NCBI GenBank assembly: GCA_012839865.1
Contig: DUMO01000054.1
Span: forward strand, 46,587 to 66,586
Reading direction: 5' to 3'
Source of the DNA: Clostridiaceae bacterium
GTDB lineage: Bacteria; Bacillota; Clostridia; CAYPLH01; DUMO01
DNA: 20,000 nucleotides
Shown: piece by piece, positions 1-8,716 of the stretch
Numbering within the stretch: the stretch's first letter is position 1
How the letters are laid out: the number at the start of each line of letters is the position of its first letter
The notes under the pieces: generated by a model
Told to the model about the DNA's origin: nothing
The model's input: the letters and a program-made list of their open reading frames with translations, nothing else
Database searches by the model: none
Made by a program: the position numbers and the translations under genes

Positions 1-1
1 T

Positions 2-1705
2 GTATTTGGCAGCCACCTGGCTAATGTACTGAGAAGGGTTGAGAGGATATGCAGATTTTACGGGTCGAACCCGCAGTATATATGCTGCTCCGCTACCATT
101 GCGAATCCGGGGGAGCTGGCTTCACGGCTTACGGGCAGGAGTGTCGAAGTGGTGGATAACAATGGTGCACCTACGGGGGAGAAGCACTTTATATTTTACA
201 ATCCGCCGGTAATAAACAAGGAACTTGGAATAAGAAAAAGCTCCACCCTGGAAGCCCAAAGGTTTGCTGAAACCTTTATAAAAAATGACGTTCAAACTAT
301 TGTTTTTGCACGGAGCAGGCTTAAGGTGGAGGTTTTGGTTACCTACCTCAAGGAAATACTTAAAAAGAAAATGAAGAACACTGACAGCATTAGAGGTTAC
401 CGTGGCGGTTACCTGCCCGGTTTAAGGCGCAGCATAGAAAAAGGCCTCAGGGAAGGAAGCATAAAGGGTGTGGTGAGTACCAATGCTCTGGAGCTAGGGA
501 TAGATATTGGAAGTCTGGAAGCCTGCGTAATGTGCGGTTACCCGGGAAATATTGCCAGCACGTGGCAGCAGGCGGGCAGGGCGGGAAGAAAAAATGGGAC
601 TTCGGCAGCTGTGCTGGTTGCAAGCAGCAGCCCTCTGGACCAGTTTATTATAAACAATCCGGATTACTTTTTTAACCGGAACCCGGAATATGGACTAATC
701 AATCCGGATAATCTGGTTATATTGTATAATCATATCAAATGTGCGGCATTTGAACTTCCTTTTGAAGAGGGAGAGAAGTTTGGGGTTGAAACAACAGAGG
801 AAATACTGGGATATATGGAGGAGGCCAAGATATTAAGACGGGTTGGAAAGCGCTGGCACTGGATGTCGGATGCTTTTCCGGCGGCGGATATCAGCCTCAG
901 GAGTGCTGCAAATGAAAATTTCATTATTATTGATATAACCGACCCGCAGCGGAAGGTTATTGGTGAGATGGACAGGTTTACTGCCTCGATGCTTTTGCAT
1001 GAACAGGCAATATATTTACATGAGGGAATCCAGTATCAGGTTGAAAAGCTGGACTTTGACGACAAGAAGGCTTACGTCAGGCAGGTGGATGTTGATTATT
1101 ATACGGATGCCGATTTGGCAGTGGATCTTAAGGTTTTGGATGTTTTCAAAGAAGAAAAAAACGGAGATGTGCTAAGATCCTCAGGGGAGGTAATGGTAAC
1201 CAGCAAGGTCAACATGTTCAAAAAAATAAAATTCCATACCCATGAAAATATAGGATACGGTCCTGTAAGACTGCCTGAATTGGAGATGCACACTTCGTCA
1301 TACTGGGTTGGCCTTCCTTCCGACATGCAGAATTACATGTCCAGGGAAGAAGCGCAAAACGGACTTCTGGGGCTTTCAAACATTCTCGCCAACTGTGCCC
1401 CCATTTATCTGATGTGCGACCCTGCCGACATCAATGTGGTTCCACAAGTTCGCTCAACATTTACTCAAAGACCGACCGTATACATTTACGACAGCTATCC
1501 TGGAGGCGTTGGGTTTAGTGAAAAGCTGTATGAATTGCACTCGGAGCTTTTCAAGACAGCCCGGGGGCTAATCGAAAAGTGCGGGTGCGAAGCCGGTTGC
1601 CCATCCTGTGTAGGACCCCTTAATGAGTTTTCCGGTGACGCAAACCCGAAAAAAACCACCCTCAGGTTGATAGATATTGTATTGCAGAGTGAAAGCGGGG
1701 CATGA
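2..1705 (+). CDS. mrfA: DEAD/DEAH-box helicase with C-terminal DUF1998 (MrfA/YprA family), 5'-truncated by the window edge
   Basis: The frame is open from nt 2 (VFGSHLANVLRR...CCSATIANP, motif III), so the ORF-track start at 149 is internal. It has VSTNALELGIDIG (motif V), WQQAGRAGR (motif VI) and a C-terminal Cys cluster (MCD...CGCEAGCPSC) typical of DUF1998. It is followed by a YprB-like gene. Confidence 0.9.
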   Translation, partial: VFGSHLANVLRRVERICRFYGSNPQYICCSATIANPGELASRLTGRSVEVVDNNGAPTGEKHFIFYNPPVINKELGIRKSSTLEAQRFAETFIKNDVQTIVFARSRLKVEVLVTYLKEILKKKMKNTDSIRGYRGGYLPGLRRSIEKGLREGSIKGVVSTNALELGIDIGSLEACVMCGYPGNIASTWQQAGRAGRKNGTSAAVLVASSSPLDQFIINNPDYFFNRNPEYGLINPDNLVILYNHIKCAAFELPFEEGEKFGVETTEEILGYMEEAKILRRVGKRWHWMSDAFPAADISLRSAANENFIIIDITDPQRKVIGEMDRFTASMLLHEQAIYLHEGIQYQVEKLDFDDKKAYVRQVDVDYYTDADLAVDLKVLDVFKEEKNGDVLRSSGEVMVTSKVNMFKKIKFHTHENIGYGPVRLPELEMHTSSYWVGLPSDMQNYMSREEAQNGLLGLSNILANCAPIYLMCDPADINVVPQVRSTFTQRPTVYIYDSYPGGVGFSEKLYELHSELFKTARGLIEKCGCEAGCPSCVGPLNEFSGDANPKKTTLRLIDIVLQSESGA

Positions 1706-1709
1706 AAGC

Positions 1710-2924
1710 TTGGATCTTATAAGAAAGCTTCAGATTTACAAGGAGAGCAATAAAATATCGAGGACCTTTGAAGACCGGGCAGACAGGGATGTCCCGGAAA
1801 AGCTGGGAGGTAAGGTTTGCTCCAATTTTCAGGGGAGTTGTGTTGTCATTGAAAATACTTATCCATTAAGCTATATTCACGGGGGATACCGGCTGGAGGA
1901 TTTACTCTCGGTGGATACCTCCCTCTTGGGTAAAATAAATCATGAGGCCGCCAACAGGCAGATAGATGACTTCCTGTTTTTGGATACCGAAACTACAGGC
2001 CTGGGTGGAGCGGGAACCGTGGCATTTCTGGTTGGAACAGGTTTTTTCCGGCAGGATTCTTTTGTGATAAGACAATATTTCATGCGGGACTATGATGAGG
2101 AACCTGCGGTTTTGGAGGACCTGAATTCTCTTCTTGGAGAATTCGGAGGCTTTGTGACATTTAACGGCAAGTCCTTTGACTGGAACCTTATAGAATCCAG
2201 ATTTATCTTCAACAGAATGAAAATGAATCTGAAAAATCCTGTGCATCTCGACCTTTTATACCCCGCCAGAAAAATCTGGAGGTTAAAACTTGAAAGCTGC
2301 AGGCTGGTTTCCCTGGAGGAGAACATACTTGGAGAGTACAGGGTAAATGACATTCCCGGGGAGCAGATACCCGGGGTGTATTTCAAGTTTTTGAATGATG
2401 GTGATGTAACCGACATTTTAAGGGTGATAGAGCATAATCGTCTGGATATCATTTCAATGGTTTCTTTGCTTGCCAAAATACTTTCGATTGTTGAAAATCC
2501 CGTAAATCAAACAGACGGCCTGGCAGAGCTCCTTGGAGTTGCACGAATTTTTGAATCATGCGAAGAAAAGGAAATGGTTATCAGGTGTTATGAAGAATGC
2601 ATGAAAAATGACAACGGTTTCTACGGGGAGACTGCAGCAAAAAAGCTTGGCGGCATGCATAAAAGAGATAAGGATTATGAAAAAGCAGTTGAGTGCTGGG
2701 AATATGTGCTGAACAGCAAAGGCGGACACAGGATTTCCGCTTTGATTGAGCTTGCCAAGTATTATGAACACAAAGCCCGGGACTATGAAAAGGCTCTTGA
2801 GACAGTCCAAAAAGCCCTTGATATCTGTTTTGAATCAGTATACAGAAATGACAGGATTTTTGAAGACTTGAGGAAAAGAACCGTAAGGTTGAAAAATAAA
2901 ATAGAGCGGGCTAAAAATGCATAG
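1710..2924 (+). CDS. mrfB: RNase H-like DEDDh exonuclease with C-terminal TPR-like helices (MrfB/YprB family)
   Basis: Motifs FLDTETTGLG, TFNGKSFD and HNRLDIIS, then TPR-like helices (YEKAVECWE, ALIELAKYYEH..RDYEKALE). TTG start at 1710 chosen for the GCGGGG RBS-like sequence 9 nt upstream; the track start is 1677. Confidence 0.8.
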   Translation: MDLIRKLQIYKESNKISRTFEDRADRDVPEKLGGKVCSNFQGSCVVIENTYPLSYIHGGYRLEDLLSVDTSLLGKINHEAANRQIDDFLFLDTETTGLGGAGTVAFLVGTGFFRQDSFVIRQYFMRDYDEEPAVLEDLNSLLGEFGGFVTFNGKSFDWNLIESRFIFNRMKMNLKNPVHLDLLYPARKIWRLKLESCRLVSLEENILGEYRVNDIPGEQIPGVYFKFLNDGDVTDILRVIEHNRLDIISMVSLLAKILSIVENPVNQTDGLAELLGVARIFESCEEKEMVIRCYEECMKNDNGFYGETAAKKLGGMHKRDKDYEKAVECWEYVLNSKGGHRISALIELAKYYEHKARDYEKALETVQKALDICFESVYRNDRIFEDLRKRTVRLKNKIERAKNA

Positions 2925-3025
2925 ATTAAGGTCATCTGCGGGTTTCTGGCCGATTGCCTTAAGTTGCCACTTCATAAGCAATCAAATTTGGTGTTTCAAT
3001 ATTGCAACAATAAATCTCAACAAGT

Positions 3026-4525
3026 TTATCGTTTTCTTAACACAGCGCGAAGTACAAGCTTTCCTTTCTTTATAAAGTAACGCAGCCTGGAGAAGAGCTG
3101 GAGTCCTTTATATACTCTTGCAGCCAGTTTTCTCATCAATCCGGAGTCGCTTCTTTTGGCCAAAAATTTGGATATTGGCCTTGCAAATCTGAACTGTGTC
3201 ATGTAGATGAGGGCATACCAGAAATTGGACACTGGACTGTCGTTTTTATAGCCCCAATACATGTTGTATTGCTCCTGAATTGAACTGTACATGATTTTGT
3301 CAAGCTCTTCCCGTGATAAAACATTCATGTCAATAGCCATATCAACTATATCGGTACCCGGAAGAAAATTCAGGCCGTGAAGCTGAAGCTCGTATGGCAG
3401 CTTGAGTTGCAGGCACAACTCATAGGTTTGCTTTATATCCTCATCCGTTTCAAAGGGATGCTGGAGCATAAAATCGTAAATAACCTGAGGGACCTTGCAT
3501 TTTTTCAGGACTTCGCCTGCTTTGATTATTTCATCCTGTGTTTCCAGGCGGTGAAAAATTACCTTCCGGACTTTTGGTGAACCGCTTTGTATACCCATTA
3601 CAACCTTGTACAAACCTGCGGAGACCAATTTGCTTATAAGCTCCTCGTTTACTTTCAGGGGATGTCCCCAGATTTCAAAGGGAAGCCCGATTTCTTTTTT
3701 GTACCTGCTGCTGAATTCGTCAATCCATTCCGGGTCGTCGGAAAAAATTTCATCCCAGAAATGAATTACCTTAAGGCCTTTTATCCTGGCTTTTGCATCC
3801 TTAAGTTCAGCCATTACACTGTTAACGCTTCTGAAACGGACATAATTTCCTTTTCCTTTGTATACACGTTTCAAATTAACCGATGAACAGTATGAGCAAA
3901 CAAAGGGGCAACCTCTTGAAGCGGTCAGCTCATAGCTTACCGATTTTAACTGAGGGTCACCCGTAGCTATTGTATTGTTATGAATGAAATATTTATTGTT
4001 TCCTCCGACTTCAGGATAACCGTACTTGTCGATATTTTCGCATAATGGACGGATATCGTTTATATATGTTGCATCGTTTTTTTTGTAAGCAAGATTAAGA
4101 ATGGAGTTAACTGCTTTATTGGAGTAAACTGCATGGACAAGTTCGCAAATTGCCTGCTCGCCTTCTCCACGGATTACATAATCGGCGTATTTCAGGCATT
4201 TTTCAGGGAAAAGAGTCGGGAATACACCACCCCACACAAGAGGTATTTTGAAATTTGAAGTTATCATGTCATTGACCTTGTACACTGTCTCCAGGTAAAG
4301 AGAGGCCATGACACTCAATCCGATGATTCCCGGATTTACCTTCAATATAAGCTCCTTAAGCAGATCAAGTTCTTTTTCTGTGGCAGGTTGGGGCTTTACG
4401 CTGTTGAAATCCTTGAAAAACACCAATACAGTGTCATATCCCGCAGCTGTAAGCGCTTGCTCCAAATATCTGACACCCAGAGCCTTTTTATTATAAAAAC
4501 CAATCAATAGCACCGGCCTATCCAT
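3026..4525 (-). CDS. Cobalamin-binding-domain radical SAM protein (class B-type), paralog 2
   Basis: N-terminal Rossmann-like domain (ALGVRYL, IGLSVM, WGGVFPT, GEGE), CxxxCxxC motif in ASRGCPFVCSYC, plus FWDEIF and GIQSGS core motifs. Confidence 0.9.
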   Translation of the reverse strand: MDRPVLLIGFYNKKALGVRYLEQALTAAGYDTVLVFFKDFNSVKPQPATEKELDLLKELILKVNPGIIGLSVMASLYLETVYKVNDMITSNFKIPLVWGGVFPTLFPEKCLKYADYVIRGEGEQAICELVHAVYSNKAVNSILNLAYKKNDATYINDIRPLCENIDKYGYPEVGGNNKYFIHNNTIATGDPQLKSVSYELTASRGCPFVCSYCSSVNLKRVYKGKGNYVRFRSVNSVMAELKDAKARIKGLKVIHFWDEIFSDDPEWIDEFSSRYKKEIGLPFEIWGHPLKVNEELISKLVSAGLYKVVMGIQSGSPKVRKVIFHRLETQDEIIKAGEVLKKCKVPQVIYDFMLQHPFETDEDIKQTYELCLQLKLPYELQLHGLNFLPGTDIVDMAIDMNVLSREELDKIMYSSIQEQYNMYWGYKNDSPVSNFWYALIYMTQFRFARPISKFLAKRSDSGLMRKLAARVYKGLQLFSRLRYFIKKGKLVLRAVLRKR

Positions 4526-4611
4526 TAATTTGTTCCCCCACCCTTTTTCATATCAAAAAAACTCAAACCAACACTACTTTATTTTACTATACTGTTTGGT
4601 TATTTACAACT

Positions 4612-4716
4612 GTCCCGGAGACCAGGCGGTTCCTGTGGTTCCAGGCCGGGTTGAGGTTTTTCTTGATTCCCCATACATGACCGGGGCGGCTGAACCGGGA
4701 CGAGGGGGACGGTTCC
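4612..4716. repeat. GC-rich palindromic REP-like element in the spacer between the radical SAM genes
   Basis: GTCCCGG (4612-4618) is inverted to CCGGGAC (4695-4701). It contains GGCGGTTCCTGTGGTTCC and GGGGGACGGTTCC and is clearly GC-richer than the adjacent spacer DNA. Confidence 0.4.
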
Positions 4717-4721
4717 ATTCT

Positions 4722-6206
4722 CTATCTCATAGCTCGCAGCAGAAGGCGCCCTTTTTTGTAATAATAGCGCAGGCGGCTTAAAGGCCTGGCCATTTTGCAG
4801 AGTTCAATTGCAGGCCGCATCATTGAATATTTGTCTGCCATGAACCTGGCAACAGGCCTCATGGGGGCAAACTGGGATAAATAAATCAGTGAGTACCAGA
4901 AGTTGGATTGTGGTGTTTTATTGTTAAGGTGCCAATATTTTCTATACTGTTCGTTCATTGGACTGTACATTATTTTCTCCAGTTCTGCTCTGCTCATGAT
5001 TCCTCTTTCCACAACCATTTCCGATATGCCGGTGCCCGGAAAATAATTGAGGGCATGGAGCTGAAGCTCAAAAGGAGGCTCAAGTTTGCTGCACAGAATG
5101 TAACTCTCCCTTATGTCTTGCTCTGTTTCAAAGGGGTGCTGCAATATAAAATCATATATAACCTGTGGTACTTTGCACTCATTTAAGATTTTACTTGCGT
5201 TGAATATGTCTTCCTGGGACTCGGGCCTGTGGAATATTTCCTTTCTTATTCTTTCTGAACCGCTTTGTATTCCCATTACCGCTTTAAACAGTCCTGCCTT
5301 TACCAATTTTTGAATTAAATCTTTGCGGACAGTGAGGGGGTGCACCCAGATTTCAAAAGGAAGATCAATTTCCTTTGCATACCTTGATACGAATTCATCC
5401 ACCCATTCGTCATCGGAGGGGAATATCTCATCCCAGAAATGAATGAATTTCAAATTGGGAAGCTTGACCCTGGCTTCATTAAGTTCATCCATAATACTTT
5501 CGACACTCCGAAAGCGTATGTAACGCCCCTTGCCTTTGTATATTCTTTTTAAATTGACTGATGAACAGAAGGAACAGGAAAAGGGGCACCCCCTTGATGC
5601 GGCAAGCTCATAACTCAAAGCTTCCATTTGAGGGTCTTTTCGGATTATCCGGTTGTTGTCAATAAAGAATTTGTTTGCCCCGCCAATTTCAGGGTAGCCA
5701 TACCTGTCCAGATTTTGCTCCAGCAAGCGCACATCATTCATTTTGAATGTTCCATTATGCATATATGCAAGGTTTGATATGTTTTCACAGGTTTTTTTAT
5801 TTATAATTGAATCAGCCAGTTCGGCCAAGGCTTCCTCGCCTTCTCCGATGATTACAAAGTCAGCATGTTCCAGGCATTTTTCAGGGAACAGGGAGGGATA
5901 CACACCACCCCAGACTATAGGTATTGAAAAGCTGCTTCGCAATGTATTATTAACATGATAAACTGTCTCAAGATATAATGAAGTCATGACGCTAAGACCT
6001 ATCAGAGAAGGTTTAAGGGCAGAGACTGTCCGGGTGAGCAGTTCAAGTTCGGCTTTTGTGGTGCTTCCCGGTTTGATGCTGTTGAAACCTTTGAAAAATA
6101 TTATATTAACCGGTATACCATGGGCTGTCAGGGACTTTTCAAGGTACCTTACCCCCAGCGCTTTTTGATTATGAAAGGCTATTAGCAAAACCGAATTGTT
6201 ATCCAT
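4722..6206 (-). CDS. Cobalamin-binding-domain radical SAM protein (class B-type), paralog 1
   Basis: ATG at 6206 with a GGAGG RBS; MDNNSVLLIAF aligns with the paralog's MDRPVLLIGF. Motifs WGGVYPS, GEGE, ASRGCPFSCSFC, FWDEIF and GIQSGS. Confidence 0.9.
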   Translation of the reverse strand: MDNNSVLLIAFHNQKALGVRYLEKSLTAHGIPVNIIFFKGFNSIKPGSTTKAELELLTRTVSALKPSLIGLSVMTSLYLETVYHVNNTLRSSFSIPIVWGGVYPSLFPEKCLEHADFVIIGEGEEALAELADSIINKKTCENISNLAYMHNGTFKMNDVRLLEQNLDRYGYPEIGGANKFFIDNNRIIRKDPQMEALSYELAASRGCPFSCSFCSSVNLKRIYKGKGRYIRFRSVESIMDELNEARVKLPNLKFIHFWDEIFPSDDEWVDEFVSRYAKEIDLPFEIWVHPLTVRKDLIQKLVKAGLFKAVMGIQSGSERIRKEIFHRPESQEDIFNASKILNECKVPQVIYDFILQHPFETEQDIRESYILCSKLEPPFELQLHALNYFPGTGISEMVVERGIMSRAELEKIMYSPMNEQYRKYWHLNNKTPQSNFWYSLIYLSQFAPMRPVARFMADKYSMMRPAIELCKMARPLSRLRYYYKKGRLLLRAMR

Positions 6207-6365
6207 TAAAAATCCTCCGGTTAGAGAATAACGATTACACACCAAAAAAAATGCCTGTATGCTTAACCTGCCTGATATGCCAATAAAATATTCCTTGTCG
6301 CAGGAAAAGTCCTCAGCAATAAATTTTTGGTTGCTAATCATTTATTATCTAACTAAAGGACAAAA

Positions 6366-7217
6366 TTATTCAGGTTTTTTGAGAACACAGACCACCATTT
6401 TTACAAATCCCTCTTTGATTACAGGTATGCGGGAGGTAAAGGCCAAAAACTTTCTTAAGGGCACCTCCCGGTAGTAATCAATGCTGAAATCCGCATTTTC
6501 AAGAATCTTTTGAAACCGTGCAATGGTCATTTTATTTATATATGAAATGTACTCGCAGCCGCTTCCGTCTTTTGAAATGCGAAGTTTAATCCGCTCCTGC
6601 TCGTCAGGAAGTTTGCTGACCAGTTCCTTGTATACTTCAATGAGGGTATTCTCGTTAAAGAAAAAATGAACCCAGGGAATGCCTATTGCATCACTAAGAT
6701 GGGCACCGTAAGGATGATAATAGGGAGGAAAATTTATGTAAAGCCTTCCGCCGGGCTTTAGCACCCTGCGGCATTCTTTTAATATTTCTTCCGGGTTTGC
6801 CACATGTTCCATGGAATCATTCATTATTATCGTATCAAAAAAGTTGTCGTCAAAAGACAAGTGTGTTGCATCTCCTACAACAAACCGGAACCTGTCTGAA
6901 AGCCCCTTTTCCTGTGCCAGTTGGTTGGCTTCGATTTCATACTGGGGAAGTATGTCTATGCCGTACACCATGGATGCGCCAAGGGAAGTGTAGTATATGG
7001 TCTTTCCTCCTGCCCCGCAGCCAATATCCAGTACGGTTTTGTCTTTGAAAATATCATCGGCGCTGTAACGCTCAAGATAATATTTGATGGTTTCCCTGCC
7101 CTTTTGATACTGCCAGCGGTTCAATGACATAATGCCTTTGTTTTGAAGGTTCAAAGGATGCTCCGGCAGAGGGAAAACTTTGTTCAGTAATTTGCAGGCT
7201 GTTTTTTTAAAGCTCAT
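6366..7217 (-). CDS. Class I SAM-dependent methyltransferase
   Basis: VLDIGCGAGG (motif I), VYGIDI, VGDATHLSFDDNFFDTII and RVLKPGGRL. Confidence 0.9.
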   Translation of the reverse strand: MSFKKTACKLLNKVFPLPEHPLNLQNKGIMSLNRWQYQKGRETIKYYLERYSADDIFKDKTVLDIGCGAGGKTIYYTSLGASMVYGIDILPQYEIEANQLAQEKGLSDRFRFVVGDATHLSFDDNFFDTIIMNDSMEHVANPEEILKECRRVLKPGGRLYINFPPYYHPYGAHLSDAIGIPWVHFFFNENTLIEVYKELVSKLPDEQERIKLRISKDGSGCEYISYINKMTIARFQKILENADFSIDYYREVPLRKFLAFTSRIPVIKEGFVKMVVCVLKKPE

Positions 7218-7351
7218 ATTTTTTCCTTTTCTCTGAAGTTTATTTTTATATCAAAATTTACTCAGTATATTATATTTCCCCAAAAAATCAATGCTTACAT
7301 ATTGCCTTATTTAATAATAAAGCATCATCAAAGCAATTACAAGAGCCTAGC

Positions 7352-7376
7352 CTAAAGCCCGTGACTTTAGCCACCG
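7352..7376. mobile_element. Degenerate IS200/IS605-like terminal hairpin, no transposase
   Basis: CTAAAG-cccgtga-CTTTAG hairpin within AAAGCCCGTGACTTTAGCCACCG. It resembles, from recall, the AAGCCC...GACTTTAGTC...GG subterminal hairpins of IS200/IS605 elements. Confidence 0.4.
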
Positions 7377-7378
7377 TA

Positions 7379-7443
7379 AATGAAATGTATGCAGAACAAT
7401 AACAAAATAAAGCCATTTGTTATTGTTCTGCATACATTTCATT
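7379..7443. repeat. Perfect 28-bp inverted repeat with 9-nt loop
   Basis: AATGAAATGTATGCAGAACAATAACAAA (7379-7406), loop ATAAAGCCA, then the exact reverse complement (7416-7443). Confidence 0.95.
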
Positions 7444-7509
7444 CAAGTCAGGCTATACCTAAAAAGTAATGATTGATTGTGCAGAGGTGGCAGCAGGGAT
7501 TCGGTCCTA

Positions 7510-7539
7510 TTGACCTGTTTGTTAGTGTTATTATAGAAT
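7510..7539 (+). promoter_or_regulatory. Candidate sigma-A promoter for the AraC gene
   Basis: TTGACC-N18-TAGAAT, about 165 nt upstream of the ATG. Confidence 0.4.
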
Positions 7540-7703
7540 GATGGTACGAACAGTAAACTTGACAGCATGCTGTAATTTGACAGATTATGCTTCATTCTCC
7601 ATAAACGCCGTACTTCATTTGAGATTAAACCATCTTTTGAAAGCATATTATATTTGGAGCAGAATATATTCAAAGCAGCCAAAGTTGGCAGGGAGTGATT
7701 AAT

Positions 7704-8615
7704 ATGGGCGAGGTCTCTTTACCGCGAGCATGGGAAAGCTTGCTTGCTTCAATGAGCTTTTTACCGGTTATAGTAAAAAGCATAGAGAATTATTTCAACT
7801 CTGACTGGTCTATGAACCCAAATCGTCATGACCACTTTGAAATGGTTTATGTAAAAAAAGGTGACGGGATTTTTGAAGTGGCAGGTCAGCCTGTGCCTAT
7901 TGGACCTAATGATATATTAATCATCAAACCTAATCAGGTGCATAAATTGATCGTGAAATCCAAAACAGGATGCCAGTTTATTGTGTTAAGTTTCAGGTTT
8001 GCCGGCAAACTCAGCAAAGAATACTCGGAAATTTCTCTTGAGGACTTTTTGAATTTTGTTCGGGAAAATGAATCCGGAGCTTTTATTGTGCTGAAAGTAA
8101 ATCAAAAAAACGAAATTATTGATCTTTTGAACCGGATCATAAAGGAAAAAGAAAATGACGACATTGGGAGCGAATTCTTAAGGTATCTTTTAATTCTGGA
8201 GCTGTTTGTACTCCTTTCAAGGGCTCTTAAAATGGAGTGGGAAAACAGCATCAAAGGAAAAAGCCTTAAACTGAAAGAGCTCATAAGAATTGCGGTGGAG
8301 TTTATTTATAACAATTTTGAGCGGGAAATTTCGGTTAAGGACATGGCGAACTACGTCTTTTTGAGCACAGGGTACTTTACACGGGCATTTAAGGAAGAGA
8401 CGGGCATTACGCCTGTAAGCTACCTTCGGAAGGTAAGAATCGAAAGGGCGAAAGATCTGTTGGCGGAAACAGACATGAAAGTTGCCGAAATAGCACAAAG
8501 TGTGGGCTTTTCAAACCAGCAGAGATTCAATGAAACATTCAGGCAACAAGTTAAAATGACTCCCCTGGAATACAGAAAAAGAAACCGTACCCCGAAAAAC
8601 GGTTCCCGTGGTTGA
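7704..8615 (+). CDS. AraC-family transcriptional regulator with N-terminal cupin domain
   Basis: Cupin-like PNRHDHFEMVYVKKG...ILIIKPNQVH and a C-terminal AraC HTH (LSTGYFTRAFKEETG...IAQSVGFSNQQRFNETFR...TPLEYRK). ATG at 7704 after a GGGAG RBS; the track start is GTG 7695. Confidence 0.92.
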   Translation: MGEVSLPRAWESLLASMSFLPVIVKSIENYFNSDWSMNPNRHDHFEMVYVKKGDGIFEVAGQPVPIGPNDILIIKPNQVHKLIVKSKTGCQFIVLSFRFAGKLSKEYSEISLEDFLNFVRENESGAFIVLKVNQKNEIIDLLNRIIKEKENDDIGSEFLRYLLILELFVLLSRALKMEWENSIKGKSLKLKELIRIAVEFIYNNFEREISVKDMANYVFLSTGYFTRAFKEETGITPVSYLRKVRIERAKDLLAETDMKVAEIAQSVGFSNQQRFNETFRQQVKMTPLEYRKRNRTPKNGSRG

Positions 8616-8707
8616 TAAGCCGGGACAGAGCCGGGGATTAATATCACAAAACATTAAAAAACATAGAATTATTTGTCATAGAAACGTAAGATTGAGCTTT
8701 TCCGCAG

Positions 8708-8716
8708 TGGTATAAT
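8708..8716 (+). promoter_or_regulatory. Extended -10 promoter element upstream of leuC
   Basis: TG-G-TATAAT at 8708-8716, about 207 nt before the leuC ATG. No good -35 at 17-nt spacing. Confidence 0.55.

Noticed and set aside
2..2924. DUF1998 helicase plus nuclease as an anti-phage system (DISARM, Druantia or similar)
   Set aside because: The architecture and the adjacent YprB-type DEDDh exonuclease match the MrfAB DNA-repair pair. No methylase or other defence partner follows it, though the upstream side lies outside the window.
6207..6341. 45-aa N-terminal extension of radical SAM paralog 1, or a RiPP precursor in this spacer
   Set aside because: The GGAGG RBS and alignment with the paralog place the start at 6206. 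The extension has no good RBS and no precursor-like features, and I found no convincing small ORF near the trio.
7379..7443. CRISPR repeat or array interpretation of the 38-nt repeat
   Set aside because: Only two copies, 6.4 kb apart and in opposite orientation, with no spacer periodicity and no cas genes.
7443..7682. 79-aa minus-strand ORF in the araC upstream region
   Set aside because: No recognisable motif or RBS, and it overlaps the candidate araC promoter; probably spurious.
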